From an uncultured Chloroflexia bacterium (GTDB taxonomy: Bacteria > Chloroflexota > Anaerolineae > CG2-30-64-16), in contig CAVZDU010000008.1 in assembly GCA_963774265.1 (NCBI GenBank), positions 256,001 to 320,000 of the forward strand: a stretch of DNA of 64,000 nucleotides. The letters are read 5' to 3'. Position numbers and translations under genes: made by a program. Below are positions 10,492 through 19,882 of the stretch, piece by piece. Numbering within the stretch: the first letter of the stretch is position 1; each line of letters begins with the position of its first letter. The notes under the pieces were generated by a model that had not been told where the DNA came from, did not search any database, and worked only from the letters and a program-made list of their open reading frames with translations.

Positions 10492-12549
10492 TCAGTCCCC
10501 GCTCTTCAGGTTGGCTGCCCTTACGCGCAAGGTCGTGCCGATCCGGAACGAGGTCACGACCTCCACGAAGTCGCGCAGCTCCTCCTCGATCGTGTAGTAC
10601 GCGCCGACAACGAGCACCGCACCCACCAGCCTGACCAGCACGCGGCGATCCTTCGTGCCAGCGGCGATTGCCCAGGGACGCTCGTTCTCCACCACGATCG
10701 CGCTGAACCCATCCACCGTCACATCCGCGAGCCGGGTGTACGTGTGGTGCTCCTCGTACCCGGCCGGCGCGCGGGGACTCGTGAACTGCTCGCCGATGCC
10801 GGCGGCGAACGCCGCAGCCAGCTCGTCCCGGCTCCACCAGTTGTAGGCTGATGCGTCCTCGTTCAGGAAGCCCGGCGGCACCACCGTGAAATAGAACGCG
10901 GGCGGTGCGACGGGATTCTCGGTTGGCGGGCCGGCCACGCAGTAGGCGCGGCTCAGCCCGGTCACCTGGCGCGGTTCCCAGCGGGCCGGCCGCGTGAACT
11001 GGAGGCCCAGCACCTCGTCGGCATCGCGCACGAAGCCCGGCGCCAGGGTGGGTGCGGGAGTTGGCGTGACCAGCGGCGTGGGCACGGGTAACACCAGGCC
11101 GGCGGTAATAGCGTTGAAGATCTTAGGGTCAAGATAGGGTTGCGCGCTGCCGAGCAGGAAGCGCTCGACTGCGCGGCCCTGATCGGCCAGGCAGGTCGCC
11201 CGCGGATTGACCCCTGCATAGCCGAACCAGAGCGTGCCAGCGTACGCGGTCAGCCGGCTCTCGTCCGCGTGGCCGAGGCCCACGATCACGCCCCGGTAGC
11301 CGAGCTGACCGGGCATCGCCGGGCAATCGACGACTGGCAGCCCTTCGAGGAGCGCGTCCAACTGCTCCAGATCGAGCTCGTTGAGCTCCCACGCCGGATT
11401 GTCGCTGCGACCGGAGTAGAGGTCGATGTGAGCCCCTGTAGCGCTGATTCCCGGCCGCGGCTTGATGGTTTCCGCGGCGCCCAGCGGGGGCAGCGTTGGC
11501 AAGGTCAGTCGCCGCGCGTGCTGCTCCAATCGCGATAACGTCGCTTCAGGCAACCGGTCGAATACCTGCTGCTGGACTTTGGGAGGGAACATGGCCCGAA
11601 CATCTTCGGGATAGTATGACCCTTCGCGAGGAATGCGCGCGGTGACGGTGTGGCCGTCGTCCGCCATGGAGAGCACCGCGGGCACGCTCGCAGCGCTCGT
11701 GTCGGCGCCCGCCTGATACGCCGCACAGAAGGCCCACACATACACTTCCTGCCCAGTATGGCCCAGGACTTGCCAATCACACACGCCATTCGCCAGCGTA
11801 GGAGGCAGGATGGCTCGCACCAGCGCGGTCTCGTAATCGCGCCAGGTGTGCGCCAATCCGTTGGTCGGCGGCAGGAGGTCGCCGGCGGGTTGCGCACTGA
11901 CGGCAGTGGCGACGGCCGCCGGCGCAGCCGTGGCCGTCGAGGGTGGCGTGACTAGCGGTGTGGGCAACGGCAGATTCAACTCGGCCGCGATCGTGGAGAA
12001 GACACCGGAGTCGAGATAGGGTTGCGCGCTGCTTAGCAGGAACCGCTCAACCTCGCGGCCCGGATCGAGCTGGCACGTTGTCTGAGGGTTCATGGCAGCC
12101 GGAGAGCCGCGCCACACCCAACCGTCGTAGGCGTGCCTCACCCCCACATCCCCTGCGCCAAGCACGACCACCATGCCCCGATAGCCGGCCGGTTCGGCCA
12201 TCGGCGGACACTCCACCGACGGCAGCCGGTCAAGGAGTGTTTTGACATGCTCGACCTCGTCGGCGCTCAGCATCCATTGTGGGACGGGTGCCCCGTTTGA
12301 TGACAGGTCGACGAATGCCTGACCAACGGGCAGACCTGTTGCAGCATCTGCCGGCGTTTCGGGCGTACCGCGCCCCCAGGACTCGTCCGTGAGTGGGTCC
12401 GGTGTCGGCGCGGCGGGCTGAGAGTTCGACGTTAACCCCATGGCGGGATCGGGCAGCGGCGTACATGCGCTGAGGGTCAGGATCAACACCAACGAGAGGC
12501 TGACCAGCAGACGGCTGGGACAGGTCCAGATCGGTGTAAGTGTACTCAT
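10492..12549 (-). CDS. Multidomain lipoprotein with an internally duplicated unknown domain
   Basis: AGGAG SD, lipobox LSAC, two copies of W..GYRG..D.GR.VERFLL.SAQPYLD, Pro/Thr linkers. Confidence 0.8.
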   Translation of the reverse strand: MSTLTPIWTCPSRLLVSLSLVLILTLSACTPLPDPAMGLTSNSQPAAPTPDPLTDESWGRGTPETPADAATGLPVGQAFVDLSSNGAPVPQWMLSADEVEHVKTLLDRLPSVECPPMAEPAGYRGMVVVLGAGDVGVRHAYDGWVWRGSPAAMNPQTTCQLDPGREVERFLLSSAQPYLDSGVFSTIAAELNLPLPTPLVTPPSTATAAPAAVATAVSAQPAGDLLPPTNGLAHTWRDYETALVRAILPPTLANGVCDWQVLGHTGQEVYVWAFCAAYQAGADTSAASVPAVLSMADDGHTVTARIPREGSYYPEDVRAMFPPKVQQQVFDRLPEATLSRLEQHARRLTLPTLPPLGAAETIKPRPGISATGAHIDLYSGRSDNPAWELNELDLEQLDALLEGLPVVDCPAMPGQLGYRGVIVGLGHADESRLTAYAGTLWFGYAGVNPRATCLADQGRAVERFLLGSAQPYLDPKIFNAITAGLVLPVPTPLVTPTPAPTLAPGFVRDADEVLGLQFTRPARWEPRQVTGLSRAYCVAGPPTENPVAPPAFYFTVVPPGFLNEDASAYNWWSRDELAAAFAAGIGEQFTSPRAPAGYEEHHTYTRLADVTVDGFSAIVVENERPWAIAAGTKDRRVLVRLVGAVLVVGAYYTIEEELRDFVEVVTSFRIGTTLRVRAANLKSGD

Positions 12550-12615
12550 GACTGACTCCTGTTGCTTGGCAATCTCGACAGGGCGGCGATTGGAGTGCGC
12601 TCGTCCTGGCCTTCG

Positions 12616-12642
12616 GACGCAGACAAGGCAGCATAGAGTTCC
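12616..12642 (-). promoter_or_regulatory. Putative ECF-sigma promoter
   Basis: GGAACT-N17-CGTC upstream of the 12549 lipoprotein gene. Confidence 0.6.
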
Positions 12643-12791
12643 GACGCGCAGCCCTCGATGCTGCGCGAATACGGCGGCCCAAGCCTGGCAAGCGATCGCG
12701 AAATCCCACTGCGCCGGCGCTGGGAGCATCCCGCGTGATGCCTCATTAGTTGGGGACGTCAATCGGCATCTCGCAGGTGAGCCGAGCGGCA

Positions 12792-13649
12792 TTACGGCGC
12801 CGGGGCGATCGCGGCGAACAGCAGCGTCTCCCCGCGGCGGGTGCGGACTTCCAGCCGGTCGCCGTCAACCCGGAAGCGCTCCGCCCAGCCGAGCAGCGTG
12901 GTGAAGTCGCCTTCCTGCGCCAACAGGTCCTCCGACGCACAGACCTCGCCCAGCATCTCGACCGACAGGACGCTGATGCCCGTCGCGCTGGCCGTGACCT
13001 GGCCCCGGTAGGTCCTGCAGCCGGCATCGCCGCGGATCTGGCCTGCGGGGCCCGGCGCGTCAAAGACCAGGGTGATGGTCGAGCCGGCGCGGGGAGCCGC
13101 TCCATCCATGTCGATCAGCTGCCAGGTGGTCCCTCCCAGCGCGGTCACATCCTGCGGCGGCCACGCCGCCTGCCGGGCGAAGACCAGGGTCGCCTCGCCC
13201 GCCTCATCGCGCAGCTCCAGCCGGTCGCCGGACAGGTTGAGGCGGCCGCCCGCAGTCAGCGCCTGCATGTACGCCTGCTCCTGCGCCATGAGGCCCGGCT
13301 CCGGGCACGCGATAAGCGTCTGGGCCAGCATGTCGGGGCGGAGCCGATCCGCCTCGATGGTGTAATCCCCGCCGTAGCTGTTGCAGCCCGCGAACCCGGA
13401 CAGCCGGCCATCCGCGAACGCCAGCGTGATGGTCGAGCCTGCCGCGGGCGGTTGGCCGCCCAGCGCGGCGAGCTCCCAGGTCGTGCCCGCGAGCGGGAGT
13501 GGCGCCGGTGTGGCCGCCGGCTGGCCCGGCGCTGGCGCCACGGTGGGAGTGGGCAGCGACGCACACGCGCCGAGCGCCACGATCGCCGCCAATACGAGGC
13601 CGGCCAGGGGGGCTGCGGTGCGCGGCGATCCCGGTGTGAGCTTGCTCAT
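12792..13649 (-). CDS. Lipoprotein with two META (HslJ-like) domains
   Basis: Lipobox LGAC; LAGTTWEL..ITLAF..GFAGCNSYGG..TLIAC..MAQE and a second copy LGGTTWQL..GDAGCRTY. Confidence 0.9.
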   Translation of the reverse strand: MSKLTPGSPRTAAPLAGLVLAAIVALGACASLPTPTVAPAPGQPAATPAPLPLAGTTWELAALGGQPPAAGSTITLAFADGRLSGFAGCNSYGGDYTIEADRLRPDMLAQTLIACPEPGLMAQEQAYMQALTAGGRLNLSGDRLELRDEAGEATLVFARQAAWPPQDVTALGGTTWQLIDMDGAAPRAGSTITLVFDAPGPAGQIRGDAGCRTYRGQVTASATGISVLSVEMLGEVCASEDLLAQEGDFTTLLGWAERFRVDGDRLEVRTRRGETLLFAAIAPAP

Positions 13650-13716
13650 GATGGATTCCTGTTGCCTGCTGGGTTCGAACGCGGACGCCGCAGCCGGCGC
13701 CCGTTCCTGTCAGTGA

Positions 13717-13743
13717 GACGCCGGCGGGGCGGCGCATGGTTCC
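13717..13743 (-). promoter_or_regulatory. Putative ECF-sigma promoter
   Basis: GGAACC-N17-CGTC upstream of the META gene. Confidence 0.6.
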
Positions 13744-13883
13744 GTTGCGCGTTGCCGAACCTCGCTGGACTGCATGCCGGCGCATGTCGAGCCGCAGGCG
13801 TCACAACAAACAGCCGTTGACGTGCCGGGCATCGGCGGCGTCTGCTGGCACGTCGACGGCTGCGCTTGATCCCGGCAACGGTC

Positions 13884-16718
13884 CTACTGCCCGGCCGCCG
13901 CCCGCAGCGCCTCATCCACCGGCGTCCCATCCACCATGGCGGCGCGAATGGCTTCCCGCAACGCCTGAATGGCCGCCGGATCCACATCCATATCCAGGGG
14001 CGGCGCCAGATGCTCAAGCGCGTACCGGTAGATGCTGTGCACGGCCGGATCAACCCCTGTGAGTGATGCGCTGGCCTCAAAACGCGATCGCCTGGCGGGA
14101 ACCCATCGTTCAGAGTAACCGGCAGCGCGTGACGCCACCGCCAGCCAGCGCCAGCTCTCATCGGGGTGCTGCGTCGCGGTGCTCATGGCGAGAGCGTCGA
14201 CGGACTGCTCCAGCGGAGTGGTCCGTGAGTTCGTTCCCACGGGGAACGGCGCCACGCCGATCCGGGCCGCGAGGCCCTGGCTGTCCGGCGCCACGCCATT
14301 CGCCAGTCCGGAGAACATCGCAGTGGCGGCCCAGGGATCGGCAGCGCTGACCAGTCCGCTACCTTGCGCAGGCTCTGCATATGTCGCCGGTATGGGCATG
14401 ACCTGGTGCACCTTGACCAGGTCCAGGTACCACTGGGCCGCGGCTTGGGTCTCCGGCGCTGCCAGATCGGCCATGCCACCCTCAAGAAGACGCGCGTCTT
14501 GTGCGCGCAGCAGGCCGAATTGCGAGGGCCAGCTTTCCGTGAAACCCCAGCGCGTGCTCCCGTCCGCCTGGGTCTGTGTCAGCATCCTGGCAGTGCGCAG
14601 GAAGTCGTCCCAGGTCCAGCCGGGCGCAGGATAGCTGATCCCCGCCTGGTCGAACAGGTATTGGTTGTAGTAGATCAGTTGCAGAATGAGGCCCCGCGGG
14701 ATGCCCCAGGTCTGCGCGTCGCTTTGCAGCATCTCCAGCGCGCCCGGGTAGAAGTCAGCTGCATCAAAGGACGCGTCGGATGCAATGAACGGAGAGAGAT
14801 CGCGCAAGACCCTCTCCGCGGCACCGGTTCGGATCATGGTGAGGAGCGAATCTCCGCACAGGGTGTCCACCTGCGCTGCAGCCGCCTCGATGCCCTCAGG
14901 CCGCATGGCCGCTGCCTCGGGAGTCACTCCCAGGTCCTCCAGCGCTTTGAGCTGAACAGAGACGCCCGGATTTGCCGCCTGGAAGGCCTCGACCGCGGAC
15001 GCATAAAAGGGCAGACGCTCCTGCCAACACGCAAAAGTGATCACGGTCGCGCCAGCCTCCGGCGCAGGGGTCGCAGGCGCGGGCGTAGCTGTGGACATCG
15101 TGACGATGGCGGTCTGCTCGGTCGCCGGCATTTCGGGCGCACCGCGCACATGCCCCTGCGCGGCCAGGTCGGCCAACGCCTGGACCGCCGTCTTCTCGCC
15201 CTTCACCACCGCCACTACCGCTTCCATCTGGGCCACGTAGTCTGAGTCTGAAGGGAGTCTCCCGGGGAACACTGCCAGGTGATCCAGACCATAGCGATAC
15301 GCCGCCGCGCTGGCCGGTTCCAGCTTCGACCAGAAACTCGCGGCCTCAGCCAGCGAGCGACGGGCCTGGACGTGCTCGCCGTCGGGCAGGTGCTGCGACA
15401 GATAGCTGATCCAGCGCCAACTGGCGTCGGGATGCGCGGTCTGGCCGCTCAGGACCAGGCTGGACAGCGTGCGCATCGGCATCTGCAGCTCGCCGGCCAG
15501 GCTCTCAGGGTAGGGGGCGAGGTGATCTCTTTCCGCTTCCGCCCACCAACTCGCATCCCACATCGCGCTCTTGTTGCCATTACGATAGGGGTCCAGATCA
15601 ACGCCCGAATAGGTCTTGCCCGGTTCCCAGCCCAGCGTAATCGGCGCCGGCGCCGCCCCCGTGCGAACGTATAGCGTCTCGTACCAGGCCAGGACCTCCG
15701 CCAGTGTGGCGTAATCCGGCCCGGCTTGCCAGTCCGAGCTCCATGAGCTCATCAGGCGCCTGTTGATGACGCCAGTGCCCACTTCGCTGTAGCCCCAGCG
15801 CACGATTTCGTCTCCCTGGCGCTGGGTCAGTTGGACCGCCACAGCCAGGAAGTCGACCCAGGTCCAGCCCGGCTGCGGATAGGGCAGGCCGGCCGCGTCG
15901 AACGCGGCGGGCTTGTAGGCAATGAGGCCGAGATCGAAGTAGGTCGGCACGGACAGAACGGCCCCGCCCATCTCCTCCCACGTGTGAAGCAGCCCCGGGT
16001 AGAAATCGTCCGGCTGAAACGACGCGTCCCCAGCGATAAACGGCGCCAGGTCGCGGGCCGCGCCGATCTGCAGGTGCGTGGGCGACGGCATCGCGGAATA
16101 GACGTCCGCCGTCTCTGCTGCCTTTTTCACGGCCGCGTTGTACGACGCCTCATCCGTGCCAAGCACGTCAACCGGGGTGAACTTTACCTTCACATCTGGG
16201 TTCTCGACCTCGAAGCTCGAGATCACCTTGTACAGCGCTTCCCATTCCATGATGCGCTCGCACTGAAAGGTGATCTCAGCGATCGGGGCTGACGCAGGCG
16301 GGACCGCGGCCGCCGGCTCCACCGGACGCCCCGGCCGATCTGGCACGCGCATCCCCAACCAGACCGCCGCGAGGAACAGGACCACAGCGCCCGCCGGCGC
16401 CAGTAGCCACTTGGGTGTCCACGGCTGGCGCACCCGCTTCGGCGAGACAATGACCGGTTCCTTGGGGATCGGTGTGCGCAGCGGTGGCGTCTGCGGCGTC
16501 GCGTGCGCCGCGACCATCTCGGTGAAACGCACCCGGACCCCCGCGCTGGCCCTTATATCGTGCAGGCCGCGGATGTCCGTATCCATCTGCCGGTACGCAC
16601 CCATGTCAGACACGCAGGCTTGACATTCCTGCAGGTGTGCTTCCAACTCCTGCCGGTGTGCAAGCGACAAGCTGTCATACACGGCCACCCAATTCTGATA
16701 TTCGGTGTGGCGCCTCAT
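13884..16718 (-). CDS. ZAS (zf-HC2) anti-sigma factor fused via one TM helix to two tandem carbohydrate-type solute-binding domains
   Basis: AHLQECQAC (HxxxCxxC); TM WLLAPAGAVVLFLAAVWLG; two SBP repeats (DLAPFIAGDASFQPDDFYPG..FDAAGLPYPQPGWTWVDFL and DLSPFIASDASFDAADFYPG..FDQAGISYPAPGWTWDDFL); single unbroken 944-aa ORF; ATGA overlap with sigma. Confidence 0.85.
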   Translation of the reverse strand: MRRHTEYQNWVAVYDSLSLAHRQELEAHLQECQACVSDMGAYRQMDTDIRGLHDIRASAGVRVRFTEMVAAHATPQTPPLRTPIPKEPVIVSPKRVRQPWTPKWLLAPAGAVVLFLAAVWLGMRVPDRPGRPVEPAAAVPPASAPIAEITFQCERIMEWEALYKVISSFEVENPDVKVKFTPVDVLGTDEASYNAAVKKAAETADVYSAMPSPTHLQIGAARDLAPFIAGDASFQPDDFYPGLLHTWEEMGGAVLSVPTYFDLGLIAYKPAAFDAAGLPYPQPGWTWVDFLAVAVQLTQRQGDEIVRWGYSEVGTGVINRRLMSSWSSDWQAGPDYATLAEVLAWYETLYVRTGAAPAPITLGWEPGKTYSGVDLDPYRNGNKSAMWDASWWAEAERDHLAPYPESLAGELQMPMRTLSSLVLSGQTAHPDASWRWISYLSQHLPDGEHVQARRSLAEAASFWSKLEPASAAAYRYGLDHLAVFPGRLPSDSDYVAQMEAVVAVVKGEKTAVQALADLAAQGHVRGAPEMPATEQTAIVTMSTATPAPATPAPEAGATVITFACWQERLPFYASAVEAFQAANPGVSVQLKALEDLGVTPEAAAMRPEGIEAAAAQVDTLCGDSLLTMIRTGAAERVLRDLSPFIASDASFDAADFYPGALEMLQSDAQTWGIPRGLILQLIYYNQYLFDQAGISYPAPGWTWDDFLRTARMLTQTQADGSTRWGFTESWPSQFGLLRAQDARLLEGGMADLAAPETQAAAQWYLDLVKVHQVMPIPATYAEPAQGSGLVSAADPWAATAMFSGLANGVAPDSQGLAARIGVAPFPVGTNSRTTPLEQSVDALAMSTATQHPDESWRWLAVASRAAGYSERWVPARRSRFEASASLTGVDPAVHSIYRYALEHLAPPLDMDVDPAAIQALREAIRAAMVDGTPVDEALRAAAGQ

Positions 16719-17257
16719 GGCAACCCTCCGTTCACCCCGTCCTCGTGGGGCCCATAAGCTTTCCTGAACATCTCGCGTGCCCGCCTTATTCGCATCTTTG
16801 CTGCACCCTCGCGGATGCCGAGCGCACCGGCCACTTCCAGCACGCTCAATCCGTAAACCACGTAGAGCAGCAGCGGCGCGCGATAGTCGAGCGGCAGCGC
16901 CGCCAGTGTGCGCTCCACCGAGTCCCGCTCACGGGTTGCATCCGCCACGTCTGGGTGGGGCGCATGCAGCTCATCCGCCTGGCTCCACGGCAGCCACACA
17001 AACCGCCGGCCGCGGCGTAGCGTGTCGAAGGCGACATTGGTGGCAACGCGATACACCCACGCCCGTCGATTCTCGATGGCATCGAGCTGGCGGCGGGCGT
17101 TGAACGCACGCAAGAAAGTCTCCTGCGTCAACTCCTCAGCGGTCTCCCGGTTGTTTACAAGGCGATACAGGTAGGCGAAGATCGCGTCGGCGTAGTTGTC
17201 GAAAAGCTGGCTGACCAACAACGTCGCGCGATCACCCTCCAGGGCCTGTGTGATCAT
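16715..17257 (-). CDS. ECF RNA polymerase sigma-70 factor
   Basis: YLYRLVNNRETAEELTQETFLRAF, AWVYRVATN, LPLDYRAPLLL, EVAGALGIREGAAKMRIRRAR. Confidence 0.93.
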   Translation of the reverse strand: MITQALEGDRATLLVSQLFDNYADAIFAYLYRLVNNRETAEELTQETFLRAFNARRQLDAIENRRAWVYRVATNVAFDTLRRGRRFVWLPWSQADELHAPHPDVADATRERDSVERTLAALPLDYRAPLLLYVVYGLSVLEVAGALGIREGAAKMRIRRAREMFRKAYGPHEDGVNGGLP

Positions 17258-17313
17258 GGCGCAATCCTTGGCTCAGGTGGTGGCGAACGTGATGCGCATC
17301 TTCTAACAAGTAT

Positions 17314-17340
17314 GACGGACGAAGGAGGGGGAAAGTAACA
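17314..17340 (-). promoter_or_regulatory. Putative autoregulatory ECF promoter
   Basis: TGTTAC-N17-CGTC about 55 bp upstream of the sigma ATG. Confidence 0.55.
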
Positions 17341-17397
17341 GAGAAAAAGACCTCCGAGATCGTACCAACCTGCGGTTGGCTTGAAATCTCGGAGGTC
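17341..17397 (-). terminator. Hairpin/terminator after nirS (REP-like palindrome)
   Basis: GACCTCCGAGAT...ATCTCGGAGGTC 12-bp stem followed on the minus strand by TTTTTCTC. Confidence 0.65.
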
Positions 17398-17438
17398 CTG
17401 GAGGATCACCGGATTCGTGCTTCGCGCGTGGACCGCGC

Positions 17439-19637
17439 TCAGTAGATGTCGTGCACCGTGTTGTACACGTTGAACTTCCCGGTCGGCGTCACCAGGTTCG
17501 GCACCCGGGCCACCTCCTCCAGCGTCTTGTCATCGTAGATCACGATCTCCCCGACCTCTCCCGGCACGTCCGCGCGGCCCCAGACGCTGACCCACACCTG
17601 GGTGCCTTCCTTGTTGTACTCGAAGTGCACCGCACGGCCGTAATCCGCGATCTCCCAGCACTTCGCAGTTTTCGTCGGATCGGCCTTGGCGATCACGCAG
17701 ACCGTGCGCTGGATCTTCTCGTCCGGATTCAAGCCGAAGTCCACCCAGATCCACGAGCTGTTCGGGTGCGACTTGACGAACAGGCTGCCACCGCCAGGGA
17801 GCGGGATATTGCGCACCACCTTCCAGGCCTGGTTAGGATGCCCCACCGGGTCCGTGCCGATCGCGACCAGGGACCCCTCGCCCAGGTGCGAGGTGCTCCA
17901 CACCGGGCCGAACTCGGGATCGATCCAGTTGGCGCCACGGCCTGGATGCGGGATTTTAGATGTCTCCACAATCGCCGCCAGTCTTGCCCTCAAGCGCATC
18001 CACGACGGCGATCTTGTTGGCGTTGTTGGCAGCCACCAGGAAGTAGCGCCTTGTCGAGTCCCAACCACCGTCATGCAGGAAGCGCTCTGCTTCGAGCATC
18101 TTGATCGTGGGCGCGTTCGGGTCGGTGTAGTTCACCAGCCAGACCTGCCCCGTCTCCTTTATGTTGACGATCCACTCCGGCTTGAAGTGCGAGGCGACGA
18201 TGGCCGCCACCCGCGGCTCCGGATGGTACTCTTCGGTGTCATAGGTGTAGCTGCGCGTGCTGACGATCTTGAACGGCTCGAGCGTCAGGCCATCCAGGAT
18301 GACGAAATGCGGCGGCCAGTAGCAGCCCACGATCGCATACTTATCGGAGAAGTCTCCCTCGGGACCGTTGTACTTGCTGCCCTCTATCGAGCGCGCGTCG
18401 TAGCACAGCTTGACCTCGGCGACCACGTCCGGCTTCTCCATCCACAGGTCGATCAGTGACGCCTTGCCGTCACGGCCGATAACGTAGACGTAGCGGCCGG
18501 TCGCGGACATGCGGGAGATGTGGACTGCGTAGCCGGTGTTGACGGTGTTGACGACCTCGAAGGTGTCGCCGTCGATGATCGCCACCTGGCCGGCGTCGCG
18601 CAGCGTGACCGCAAAGAAGTCCTGCCAATCGCGGTTGTGCTGCGGCGCTGTGGGCCGTTTCTCCGGCGGCACGAGCACCTTCCAGGTCTCCTTCATCTGC
18701 GGCCAGCGACATCTCCGGCGGCAGCCGGCGGCTCGTTCTGGAGGAACTTCGCCATCATCTCGGCCTGGGCCTGGGTCAGCACCCCCTGCTTGCCCCAGTC
18801 GGGCATCCCACGCGGGGTGCCGTTGAAGATGATCGCGGCAAGCGCGGCCGTGCCTTTCGGCGTCGTCTTGTCCGGCGTCAGAGCCGGGCCTGTCGCGCCA
18901 TTGCGCAGCGTGCCATGGCAGCCCGCACAGCGGTCGAAGAAGACTTGTTTCGCGCTGGCGAACTCTTCCTCGGTAAGGTTAGGTGCGGCTGCCGCAGGCG
19001 CGGCCACACCTTGTGGCGATGTTGCAGGCAATGCCTCGACCTTGCCTGGCAGACCGGCCAGGTATTCCACGACCGCAGCCAGCTCCTGATCGGTCAACAA
19101 CTGCGCCAGGGATGCAGGCATCAGCCCTTTCTGGCAGGTTCCACCCGGGCACTCTTTGGAAATGTACGCGTCCGGGTTCGACGATCGCTTCGTGAATGTA
19201 GTCGGCCACGTTGTCGGCCGAGCCCTTATAGAACATGTTCGATAGGGTCGTCTGGGCTGTCTCGCCCATTTTCGATAGATCGGGGCCGATGGTCCCTGTG
19301 GCATTTGCCACGCCCGGGATGACGTGGCACGCACCGCAGCCGCCCTTCTGGAATGCTGTGGCCAGGACCTGAGGCCCGGACGGCTGGGACACCGCCTGTG
19401 CGGCGGGTAGGGCAGCCTGAGCGGAAGTCGCTGGAGCAATCCGTCCCGGCTTGGTCTCAATGGACGTGGCCAAGTCGCGCGCCTGCCAGCGATTGTTGAC
19501 GCGGCCCTACTCACGCTTACAGGCTGTGGCGCAGGCTCGACCTTCGTCGGTGAAGTCGGCGCGAAGGCGGACGTACACGCGGTGAGCAGCAGGATCGCTG
19601 CGAGCGCCAGAACAACGAGGAGCGCACGGTTTCTCAT
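17439..19637 (-). CDS. nirS: Cytochrome cd1 nitrite reductase, lipoprotein, with extra N-terminal cytochrome c domain (frameshifted)
   Basis: [85 protein letters not shown]; lipobox LTAC; additional CGACH. Confidence 0.92.
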
Positions 19638-19734
19638 ATGGGTTGCCTCTCTCCAAGAATACACCGATGTGCTGACGAAGCGTACGAAGTTGCAGCGCAC
19701 GCTCGGCCAAACCGAGACTATGAGCTACGCGAGG

Positions 19735-19777
19735 ATTATACAAGAAATTCGCGTACCACGCAGCGACAAACATCACC
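19735..19777 (-). promoter_or_regulatory. Putative nirS promoter with CRP/FNR-family site
   Basis: TATAAT (19740-19735) without a good -35; GGTGA-N6-TCGCT centred at about -41.5. Confidence 0.45.
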
Positions 19778-19882
19778 CCGGAAGAATCGCTTTGCTGGCG
19801 AAACCGTCTCTCTCCGCGGGCTTGTCGCACCGCGACGGGTATGCTACACTCAACGCAACAGAAGACAAGGGGGTCATCTATC

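Noticed and set aside
13884-16718. Ordinary sugar ABC transporter binding protein
   Set aside because: No lipobox or signal peptide, has a cytoplasmic ZAS motif, is coupled to a sigma gene, and has no permease or ATPase neighbours
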